Assembly (NCBI GenBank): GCA_014879535.1
Contig: JACSRX010000029.1
Location: forward strand, 93,476 to 157,475
Origin: Chthoniobacterales bacterium
GTDB taxonomy: Bacteria; Verrucomicrobiota; Verrucomicrobiia; Chthoniobacterales; JACTMZ01
Length of the DNA stretch: 64,000 bases
Direction: 5' to 3'
Shown piece by piece: positions 17,958 through 25,649 of the stretch (position 1 is its first letter; each line of letters begins with the position of its first letter). The notes below the pieces were generated by a model, which saw only the letters and a list, made by a program, of their open reading frames with translations, made no database searches and was not told the DNA's origin. Position numbers and translations under genes: made by a program.

Positions 17958-19526
17958 TCAGGGCGCTGAGTTCGGCTGGCTGCGCGGTTTGGCAAGTCCC
18001 ATGAATATGCTCTGCATCCCGAAGTGCACGACGACCAACCGTGTCACGATGATGCCCGCGAGCACCACGAGTGTGAGCATGAGCATCCCCTTGGGATCCA
18101 GTTGCGCTCCTGCAAAAATGATCACCATCGAGTAGGCAAGTCCCCACACCAGTGCGATCTCCGGATAGATCGTGCCTTTGAGTGTCGGGATGTCGGCCTG
18201 CCCCCGGAGGATGTCACGGAGCACGCCGCCACCCGCCCCCGTCAGACCGGCCATCACGGGCCCCCAGAGCCAGAGCGGCTCGCACCGTTGCTCGATGGCC
18301 ACCATCACGCCGATGACGGTGAATGCGGAAAGGCCGAGCGCATCGGAGAGTTCCAGCAGCCCCTGCGTCGAGCCCCAGCGGAATTCATCCGGCGGGGGAA
18401 CCTCCCCGCCCCCGATGCTCTGGCCCCGCACGATGTCACGGACCAGGAAGAACACGAACCCCACTGCAACCGTCCCGATCACCAGCAGAAGAAGATGGGG
18501 TGCCTGGATGATCCCCAGGGGCGAACGTCCGCTGACAAGATCACGGATGATACCCCCACCGAGCGCGGGCAGTGCGGCCAGCACCAAGGCGCCCACCACG
18601 TCATAACGTTCGCGGCGTGCGATGATCACCCCCGAAAGGGCGAATGCCACCGTGCCGATGATCTCGAAGGCCCGGAACACCCGCGTCTCCAGCGTGATCA
18701 GCAGCAACTGGGGCACAAGATAATAGCGTGCAAGCCGGTCCAGTTCCCCGGTCTGCTTCATTTCCTCCAACGCAGCGTCGAATGCCGCCACATCGCCGGG
18801 TCGGCCGCTCGCCTTGGAAAACATGATGCTGACATCCGTCTCGTAGATCACCCCCGGAATGGCATCGATCTGCCCCAAGGCATCGGCCTTCCACGCGACG
18901 CTCGCTCCAGCCAGCCGGTCGGCAAGAAACCCATCCACGTTTCCCGTGAGCAGTGCCGCCAGCGACTCCGCATTGCTCCCCGTCTCGAGAATGTTCCCGC
19001 GGAGTTCTTCCGATGCAAGAAGACTGGCGGCCTCCGGCCCGTAATAGAATCCCCGCACCGCCGCCAGCTTGCCGCCGCGGCTGAGAATCCGCCGGATGCG
19101 CGCGAGGGCTGTCGCTCCCTCCCACTTCTCCCGCTCGCCATGGCGCAGGAAGAGCATGATGGATTCCGTGCGGTAGGGCACGCTGAACCACGCCCACTCG
19201 CGGCGATCTTCGCGCGGTGTCGCCCCGAGGGCGAAATCAAGCCCCCCGTCACGGATCGCCCGGAGGTTCTCCTCCCACGAAACCTGCTCGAAAGCCGGCT
19301 TGTATCCGGCCCGTCGCGCGGCCTCCTGCATCACCTCGATGTCGAGCCCGCGCAGCGTGAGGATCCCCTGATCATAAACCTCCTCGAATTGGTAGGGCAT
19401 CGCCGGCGACCAGCCGCCGCGGATCTCGGGTTCCTTTTCCGCGCGCGCAACGCCGCACAGACCAAGGGCGGAGACCAACGCAATCGCGCGGGCGAATGAC
19501 GCGATACCGCAGAAGGATTTCATCAT
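17958..19526 (-). CDS. Fusion protein: periplasmic family-3 solute-binding domain plus a TRIC/UPF0126 (YadS-like) membrane channel domain
   Basis: Signal peptide MMKSFCGIASFARAIALVSALGLCGVARA. An SBP-like region of about 240 aa (GLDIEVMQEAARRAGY...GLDFALGAT...). Then 7 predicted TM segments with two GGG-[IV]-[IL]-RD motifs (LGGGIIRDLV, GAGGGVLRDIL). Confidence 0.7.
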   Translation of the reverse strand: MMKSFCGIASFARAIALVSALGLCGVARAEKEPEIRGGWSPAMPYQFEEVYDQGILTLRGLDIEVMQEAARRAGYKPAFEQVSWEENLRAIRDGGLDFALGATPREDRREWAWFSVPYRTESIMLFLRHGEREKWEGATALARIRRILSRGGKLAAVRGFYYGPEAASLLASEELRGNILETGSNAESLAALLTGNVDGFLADRLAGASVAWKADALGQIDAIPGVIYETDVSIMFSKASGRPGDVAAFDAALEEMKQTGELDRLARYYLVPQLLLITLETRVFRAFEIIGTVAFALSGVIIARRERYDVVGALVLAALPALGGGIIRDLVSGRSPLGIIQAPHLLLLVIGTVAVGFVFFLVRDIVRGQSIGGGEVPPPDEFRWGSTQGLLELSDALGLSAFTVIGVMVAIEQRCEPLWLWGPVMAGLTGAGGGVLRDILRGQADIPTLKGTIYPEIALVWGLAYSMVIIFAGAQLDPKGMLMLTLVVLAGIIVTRLVVVHFGMQSIFMGLAKPRSQPNSAP

Positions 19527-19673
19527 CGGTTGCAGGCCTCTCCCAATATCCTGCCCAGGCTTTGGCAGAAAGGACTATCGGCAGGGCCGGCCATGACGCA
19601 GGGCGTCACAACGGCCTGCTTCCCCGTCGCACAAAATCTTGGCTCTTCCAAGAAGCATGTAGCATGGTCGGCC

Positions 19674-19889
19674 ATGGATCACGCCGCCGCTGATTGGGAG
19701 AGACTGCGCACATGGGAGATGCCTTTCGGCCGCTACAAGGGGCGCAGGCTTTACGAGCTTCCGGCCGAATACCTGTGCTGGTTCGAACAGAATGGCTTTC
19801 CGGAGGGTGATCTCGGACGGTTGCTGCGGATTGTTCTTGAGGCGAAGCGCCAAGGCGCGGATCACGCTTTCGACATTCTGCGGAAATAG
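19674..19889 (+). CDS. DUF3820-like small protein
   Basis: MDHAAADWERLRTWEMPFGRYKGRRLYELPAEYLCWFEQNGFPEGDLGRLL... matches the MPFGKYKG..L.DLP..YL.WF pattern. Start taken at internal ATG 19674. Confidence 0.6.
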   Translation: MDHAAADWERLRTWEMPFGRYKGRRLYELPAEYLCWFEQNGFPEGDLGRLLRIVLEAKRQGADHAFDILRK

Positions 19890-20011
19890 CCACCACACCC
19901 CGCCGCGCGGCAGAACGTCCGGTTTTCAGTGTTGGCTCAGTTTTCAGTTTTCAGCCGGCCGTGCACGGCGTTTAATTCCTCGACTGACCGCAAACTGAAA
20001 ACTCCCCGTCC

Positions 20012-20533
20012 ATGAAAGTCGCCAAAGATCACGTTGTTTCATTCGACTACGAAGTCCGCAACAGCCGCTCCGAGCTGCTCGACAGCTCGGAAAACACCGC
20101 GCCCATGGCCTACCTCCATGGTTATGCGAGCATCGTTCCGGGGCTGGAGAAAGCCCTTGAGGGGCGGTCGGCCGGCGACACCCTGGATGTCGTCGTCCCC
20201 CCTGTCGAAGCTTACGGCCTGCGCGACGAGCGTCGTATGGGTGAGGTTTCCCGCGACATCTTTCCGGCCGGGGCCGAGATCAAACCCGGCATGCGCTTCC
20301 GTGCCCAAGGCGCGCACGGAACCGACAATGTGGTCGTGGTTGCCGTGTCGGAAGACACCGTCACCGTGGATGCGAACCATCCGCTGGCGGGCGAGACCCT
20401 GACCTTCAATGTCACCATCCGCGAGGTGCGGGCTGCCACCGGCGAGGAAATCGCCCACGGTCATGTCCACCACGCGCACACACATGCCGCCGACGACGAC
20501 TGCTGCGGAGGTGGCGGTTGCGGCTGTCATTGA
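20012..20533 (+). CDS. slyD: FKBP-type peptidyl-prolyl isomerase SlyD with His/Cys-rich metal-binding tail
   Basis: MKVAKDHVVSFDYEVRNS...YLHGYASIVPGLEKALEGRSAGD...DANHPLAGETLTFNVTIREVRAAT. Tail HGHVHHAHTHAADDDCCGGGGCGCH. Confidence 0.9.
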   Translation: MKVAKDHVVSFDYEVRNSRSELLDSSENTAPMAYLHGYASIVPGLEKALEGRSAGDTLDVVVPPVEAYGLRDERRMGEVSRDIFPAGAEIKPGMRFRAQGAHGTDNVVVVAVSEDTVTVDANHPLAGETLTFNVTIREVRAATGEEIAHGHVHHAHTHAADDDCCGGGGCGCH

Positions 20534-20538
20534 GGTCC

Positions 20539-20982
20539 ATGCGTCGCCGCACGGCGGGAATGTCGCCGGACGAAGCCCGCGAGGCCGTCCGCGATGTTTA
20601 CAAGGAGCTGGCCGGGCGCCCCATCCAGCGGGATTGCCGCCTGCGCACGGAGTGCTGCCACTTCAAGCTCACCGGAAAAGTCCCCCACCTGACCCGCGGC
20701 GAGGCCCTTGTGGCCGCGCACGCGTTTCGGGCGACCGGACGCAAAACCCTCACCGCCCGTCCGGACGGCGCCTGCCCGCTGCTCGATGCAGCCACCTCGC
20801 GCTGCCTCATCTACGACAGCCGCCCCTTCGGATGCCGCACGCATTTCTGCGCAGCCGCCGGCGGCCCCTACTCGCGGCGCGACGTGGTGGATCTCATCCG
20901 GAAGCTGGAGGAGATCGACTCACAACTCGGCGGGGACGGCGCCCGGATGTTGCCGGCCGCCGTGGCGGACGCCCTGCGTTAG
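20539..20982 (+). CDS. YkgJ-family (UPF0153) cysteine-cluster protein
   Basis: CRLRTECCHFKLTG...GACPLLDAATSRCLIYDSRPFGCRTHFC (CxxCxxCC-type pattern). Start taken at ATG 20539, just after the slyD stop. Confidence 0.65.
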   Translation: MRRRTAGMSPDEAREAVRDVYKELAGRPIQRDCRLRTECCHFKLTGKVPHLTRGEALVAAHAFRATGRKTLTARPDGACPLLDAATSRCLIYDSRPFGCRTHFCAAAGGPYSRRDVVDLIRKLEEIDSQLGGDGARMLPAAVADALR

Positions 20983-22155
20983 CTAGCCGACCCGGACGGC
21001 ACGGGTCTTGTCCAACCTCAAGATTCCCGACTGCGACAAGTCGAGCATCGCCTTGGGGTCGGTGACCTTCTCCCCGCGCCACTGGATGCTCCCCTGCACC
21101 GCCAGTCGGCGGATGTCGCCGCGGGATTTGTCCTGCCCGAAGCATTGCGCGTAGGCCTCGACGCCTGCCGTGATGACATCGATCAGGGGAACGGCCGGGT
21201 TGAAGGCCGGAAGCTCCGCGTTTTGGAGGTCACGACCGCTGAAGCGGCGCTCGAATTCCTCAAGGGCCGCGTCTGCCTCGCCCGCCGAGTGGAAGCGCTC
21301 AACCAGCGACCGGGCGAGCTCCTTCTTGGCCGCCATCGGATGGGCCTCTGCCGGAAGATCGCGCGACAGCAGGAGCGTGTAGTAGCGGGCCATGAGCGCA
21401 TCGGAAATGCTCATGACCTTGCCGAACATGTCGCCGGGAGCGTCGTTGACGCCAATGGCATTGCCGAGGCTCTTGCTCATCTTCTGGGTGCCGTCGAGGC
21501 CCTCGAGAATCGGCAGCATCATGGCCACCTGCGGCTCCTGCCCCTCCTCTTTCTGCAGGTCGCGGCCGACCATGATGTTGAACAACTGGTCGGTTCCGCC
21601 GAGTTCGACGTCGGCTTGGATCATGACCGAGTCCCATCCCTGCATGATCGGATACTGCACCTCGTGGGCGCGGATCGGTTGGGACTTGTCGATGCGCTCC
21701 CGGAAGTCCTCGCGCTGCAGCATCTGCTGCAGGGTGACGCGGCTGTTCAACCGGATCACGTCGGTGAAGGTCATCTTCTTGAACCAATCGCCGTTGAAGA
21801 CAACCCGGGTTCGCTTTTCATCAAGCACCTTGAAAGCCTGCTCCTGGTAGGTTTTGGCATTCGCCAGCACTTCGTCATGGGTCAGCTGCGGCCTCGTCGC
21901 GGAGCGTCCGCTCGGATCCCCGATCATCGCGGTGAAATCGCCGATCAGGAGAATGCCGTCATGACCGAGGTCCTGGAACTGCCGCAGCTTCTGAAGGGTC
22001 ACCGTGTGGCCGAAGTGGATGTCAGGCGCCGTCGGGTCCACCCCGAGTTTCACCTGAAGCGGCCGGCCGGCGGCGAGTTTGCGCCGCAACTCGTCCCGGC
22101 TGATGATCTCCGCGCAACCGCGGCAGAGAATCTCAAGAGACTCGGCGGGATCCAT
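20983..22155 (-). CDS. tyrS: Tyrosine--tRNA ligase
   Basis: HIGH-type motif DPTAPDIHFGHTV, KMSKS motif GTQKMSKSLGN and a C-terminal S4-like domain. Start at MDPAESLEIL... (ATG 22155), directly after the upstream gene's stop. Confidence 0.9.
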   Translation of the reverse strand: MDPAESLEILCRGCAEIISRDELRRKLAAGRPLQVKLGVDPTAPDIHFGHTVTLQKLRQFQDLGHDGILLIGDFTAMIGDPSGRSATRPQLTHDEVLANAKTYQEQAFKVLDEKRTRVVFNGDWFKKMTFTDVIRLNSRVTLQQMLQREDFRERIDKSQPIRAHEVQYPIMQGWDSVMIQADVELGGTDQLFNIMVGRDLQKEEGQEPQVAMMLPILEGLDGTQKMSKSLGNAIGVNDAPGDMFGKVMSISDALMARYYTLLLSRDLPAEAHPMAAKKELARSLVERFHSAGEADAALEEFERRFSGRDLQNAELPAFNPAVPLIDVITAGVEAYAQCFGQDKSRGDIRRLAVQGSIQWRGEKVTDPKAMLDLSQSGILRLDKTRAVRVG

Positions 22156-22157
22156 GC

Positions 22158-22673
22158 TCAACGATCGCGGTTGAGCACATCCCGGACCTGATCGATCGAG
22201 AGAGCCGACTGGGCCGCGGGGCTGGCGGCATCGAGTGCGTTCTGGGACTTGCCCCTTCCGAGGAACTTTTTGGTTTCCACGGCGCGGCCGGCCTGCCACG
22301 ACGTGCGCCCCTCTTCGGGTGCCGCCTTGGTCTTCACCTCGCGGGAGGTGTAGGACTTGTCGCTAAGCACATAGCGGGTGAGTTCGCGCGCTGCGGAGGT
22401 CTCATAGACCTTTTTGCCGAACCATGGATTGCGGATTCCGAGGAATACGCGCGTGCCGAATGTCTTCGTCGGGGTCTCCTTGAGGCCGTTGTAAGCCCCG
22501 GCGCCGCGGAACTGCCCGGTGGAATAGCCGGTTCCCGAAAACGACTTCGCCCCCATGGGATTCGCCTGCTCCAAGTTCGGCTTCATGATCCTGTCCATCA
22601 TGGTCTGCTCCTGCTGCTGGGCCTGCGCCGAGGCCGCAAAGAGCATTGCCAGCAATAGCACCCGAATTACCAT
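22158..22673 (-). CDS. Secreted hypothetical protein
   Basis: Signal peptide MVIRVLLLAMLFAASAQA followed by a Gly/Lys/Thr-rich sequence; no family recognised. Confidence 0.6.
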   Translation of the reverse strand: MVIRVLLLAMLFAASAQAQQQEQTMMDRIMKPNLEQANPMGAKSFSGTGYSTGQFRGAGAYNGLKETPTKTFGTRVFLGIRNPWFGKKVYETSAARELTRYVLSDKSYTSREVKTKAAPEEGRTSWQAGRAVETKKFLGRGKSQNALDAASPAAQSALSIDQVRDVLNRDR

Positions 22674-22710
22674 GGCTCATCCATAGCCGAGCCGAGTCCC
22701 CGCTGCAACC

Positions 22711-23691
22711 TTGGCGCCACCATCCATGACCACGCCATCCCCGAAGCCACCGCGGATTGCCGCGGCCATCGCGGCCTTCAGGCGGGATGAGGAACTCATC
22801 CGCCTGTTCACCACCTTGGCTTCCAGCACCGTGCCGTTCGATGGCGGCGTCTTCGTCGCCGACAATGCCGCCTCCGAGGAGACTGCTGCGGTTTGCGCCG
22901 CCGCCCCGCTGCCCGTCACATGGCTTCCCCGTCCTGCCAACAACGGCCCCGGTGCCGCATGGAACGCCGCGGTATCCGCTGCGCTCGCCGACAACTCCGT
23001 GACCCACGTGCTGGTGCTCGACGATGATGTCGTCCCGCCGGGCGACACCGCGGCCCTGCTGTTGCAGGCCATGGGTGATTCCGCGGCAGCGGCAGCCCCC
23101 CTTTTGTTCGACGAAAAGGAGCGTCTCTGGGCCTTTCCCGAGCCGAAGTCTCCTGCCCTGCGCCGCGCCATCCGTCGCGTGCATTCCCTCTCCGAGTGCC
23201 GCACAGCCTTGGGCCCGGAGCCGCACCCGTTCTGCTGGGCCACCGGGGCCTGCATGCTCTACGCGCGACGCGCCTTCGAAACGGGGGGCTTCCGCGAGGA
23301 TTTCTGGATGCTGGGTGAGGACCTCGAGTTTTCGATGCGCGTCGCCTCGACCCTCGGCGGAGTGTTCACGGCATCGGCCGCAGTCGCGCACCTGCCCCCG
23401 CCCGGGATGCCCGGAAATGCCTCCATGCGCAACAGGCTGAAGTTCCTCGCCCTGCTGCAAAACCTCTCCTATCTCGCCTTTCACTCACCCCATGGCAGCC
23501 ACATGCGCGGTTATCTGCCGGGCAATTTCAAACGCTACATCCTTGTCGAAGATCCCGCGCCCGCGGGACTGCGGGATGCCTGGCGCACGTTCTGGCACGG
23601 CGCTTTGCGCGGCCGGCCGGCCGGACATGCCTCCGGCGTGCATCTGCGGGAAAGGGTGCAGCGCCGGATGCAAAGGGACCAGCCGGAATGA
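22711..23691 (+). CDS. Family-2 glycosyltransferase
   Basis: IAAAIAAFRRDEELIRLFTTL...VADNAASEET...NNGPGAAWNAAV...VLVLDDDVVP...GEDLEFSMR, the GT-A fold DxD region. Confidence 0.75.
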   Translation: MAPPSMTTPSPKPPRIAAAIAAFRRDEELIRLFTTLASSTVPFDGGVFVADNAASEETAAVCAAAPLPVTWLPRPANNGPGAAWNAAVSAALADNSVTHVLVLDDDVVPPGDTAALLLQAMGDSAAAAAPLLFDEKERLWAFPEPKSPALRRAIRRVHSLSECRTALGPEPHPFCWATGACMLYARRAFETGGFREDFWMLGEDLEFSMRVASTLGGVFTASAAVAHLPPPGMPGNASMRNRLKFLALLQNLSYLAFHSPHGSHMRGYLPGNFKRYILVEDPAPAGLRDAWRTFWHGALRGRPAGHASGVHLRERVQRRMQRDQPE

Positions 23692-24044
23692 ACCCTGCGG
23701 CCGCCCGTCGCATCGTTGCCGGCATCATCCGCCGCCTGCCGGAGGATTTGCGCAAAGCGGCAGAGGAAGTCCCCGTGTGCATCGAGGACTACCCGGACGA
23801 TGACCTGACGGCGGACGGTCTTGCACCGGACATTCTCGGTCTTTTTGTGGGTTCACCCCGCCACCAGCACGATCACGATCCCGGACCACCCCCGCAAATC
23901 CTGCTTTTCCTGGGCAACATTCTTGAGGAAGCCGACGAGGTCGGAACCACCTTCGAGGAGGAGGTCGGGAGAACCTACCTCCACGAACTCGGCCATTACC
24001 TCGGCCTGGATGAGGACGCGCTTGCAGAGCGCGACCTCGATTGA
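23688..24044 (+). CDS. Metallopeptidase-like (zincin, DUF1025-type) small protein
   Basis: C-terminal TYLHELGHYLGLDEDAL carries HExxH. ATGA overlap with the GT2 gene. Confidence 0.6.
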   Translation: MNPAAARRIVAGIIRRLPEDLRKAAEEVPVCIEDYPDDDLTADGLAPDILGLFVGSPRHQHDHDPGPPPQILLFLGNILEEADEVGTTFEEEVGRTYLHELGHYLGLDEDALAERDLD

Positions 24045-24051
24045 TCCCGCC

Positions 24052-24684
24052 TCACCCCACCGCGTTGACCGCACGGGAAAGAAGGACGGTGATCACGACG
24101 ATCGACAGCGTGACCTGCAGCATCATCAGGCTTTTCGCCCGGAGAGAAACCGGCACCTCAAGCGTCGGACCGAACGTGGTGCATGTGTCGAACGAGAGAT
24201 AAATGTAGTCCCCGAGCCCGGGTTCTGCGAGCGGCCCGTTGCGTCCGGGGATGAGAAAGGCCCGCCCGGGAGTGATCCGGTCGAGCACCAGGTAACACAC
24301 GGCAAAAGTGAGGACGCTCATGGCGCCGATCGCGCCGACATCCCACAGGCTGGCCAGCCCCGAGGCCTTGGCTGTCGCCGTGAAAAGGAGCGCCGCAACA
24401 TTCACGACCAGATGCAGCAGCGCGAAGCCAAGGTAGGCCGTCAGGCCGGGAAGAATCCAGCGTGACTGCGGACGAAACACGGACAGCAGGATCACCGCAA
24501 GCAGGAGCAGCAGCAACCAACCGCTCCCCGCATGGAAAAACTGGACCACCGCCACGCCGGCTGCGTCCAATTCGCCTCCACCCACCAATTTCGCCGTCAC
24601 GGCGGAATCCAGAAGCTGGACCACCACCATGACGATGGCCAGGCGCCAGTGCTCATGACCTTTCAATGGAGACAAATTGGTCAT
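24052..24684 (-). CDS. Polytopic membrane protein, DUF1345-like
   Basis: Several hydrophobic helices. The C-terminal YIYLSFDTCTTFGPTLEVPVSLRAKSLMMLQVTLSIVVITVLLSRAVN resembles the Y-F-x-F...T-F...[DE]-V...S...R...VN pattern. Recognised from memory only. Confidence 0.4.
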   Translation of the reverse strand: MTNLSPLKGHEHWRLAIVMVVVQLLDSAVTAKLVGGGELDAAGVAVVQFFHAGSGWLLLLLLAVILLSVFRPQSRWILPGLTAYLGFALLHLVVNVAALLFTATAKASGLASLWDVGAIGAMSVLTFAVCYLVLDRITPGRAFLIPGRNGPLAEPGLGDYIYLSFDTCTTFGPTLEVPVSLRAKSLMMLQVTLSIVVITVLLSRAVNAVG

Positions 24685-24794
24685 GCGCGGGGATACCCGA
24701 TTTCCGTGCCGGACGCCAACCTCGTCTGCAATCCGCCGCGGCAGGCTGCGGATGCTGGCGCATGCGCCCGCCTGTCGCCTATGATCCCACAGCC

Positions 24795-25649
24795 ATGCCG
24801 GAGCAACTGCGCATCATCCACACCACCGAATACCATTACCGCGAGGCCGTGACGTTCGGTCCCCACCGCGCCATGATCCGTCCGCGCGACGGGCACGACC
24901 TCCACATCAACGCATCATTGCTCGAGGTCACGCCTCATGCCGACATCCGCTGGCTTCGGGACATCCACGACAACTCCATCGCCATCCTGAGCTTCACGGA
25001 GCCCTCGGCGCTGCTTCGCATCCACAGCGAAGCCGTGGTGGATGTTTACCCGGACACCCTGCCGGACTACCTGATCGGTCCGGAATGCTCGGAGTATCCG
25101 TTCCAATACGGTGCCGAGGAACAAATCGAGATCATTCCCTACCGGATCCCGAGCTATCCGCATGACGGCACCGCGGTGCTCTCGTGGCTGAGGGATCTCT
25201 ACCGGCCCGGAACCACGGCAGGCACTCTCGAACTGCTGGGACAACTCAACAGCCGCATCCACGGCGCATTCCAATATGTCCATCGCGAGGAATTCGGCGT
25301 GCAGATGCCCTGCGAGACCCTGGCCAAGGGCAGCGGCTCCTGCCGCGACTACGCCGTCTTCATGATGGAGGCCGCCCGCCACTGGGGCTTTGCCGCACGC
25401 TTCGTGACCGGCTATGTCCGCATGAACGAAGGACAGCACGGCGCCACGCATGCCTGGACGGAAATCTACCTGCCGGGCGTGGGCTGGCGCGGGTTCGATC
25501 CGACCAACAACAAGCTGGCCGGCGCCGAGCACGTCCCCGTGGGTGTCGCCCGCGAGCAGGAAAAGGCGGCCCCGATCATGGGCACATGGGCCGGAAGTCC
25601 CGGGGCTTTCGAGCGCATGGACGTCGTCGTGCGCGTCGAGGCGCTCTGA
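24795..25649 (+). CDS. Transglutaminase-like cysteine protease family protein
   Basis: MPEQLRIIHTTEYHYREAV (Bact_transglu_N-like). Catalytic GSGSCRDYAVFMMEAARHWGFAARFVTGY...HAWTEIYLPGVGWRGFDPTN. Confidence 0.85.
   Translation: MPEQLRIIHTTEYHYREAVTFGPHRAMIRPRDGHDLHINASLLEVTPHADIRWLRDIHDNSIAILSFTEPSALLRIHSEAVVDVYPDTLPDYLIGPECSEYPFQYGAEEQIEIIPYRIPSYPHDGTAVLSWLRDLYRPGTTAGTLELLGQLNSRIHGAFQYVHREEFGVQMPCETLAKGSGSCRDYAVFMMEAARHWGFAARFVTGYVRMNEGQHGATHAWTEIYLPGVGWRGFDPTNNKLAGAEHVPVGVAREQEKAAPIMGTWAGSPGAFERMDVVVRVEAL

Noticed and set aside
20977-20988. Palindromic stop-stop junctions of convergent genes (TAGCTA at 20980-20985; TGATCA at 25647-25652)
   Set aside because: Two abutting stop codons on opposite strands are palindromic by construction. 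There is no evidence of function beyond tight packing.
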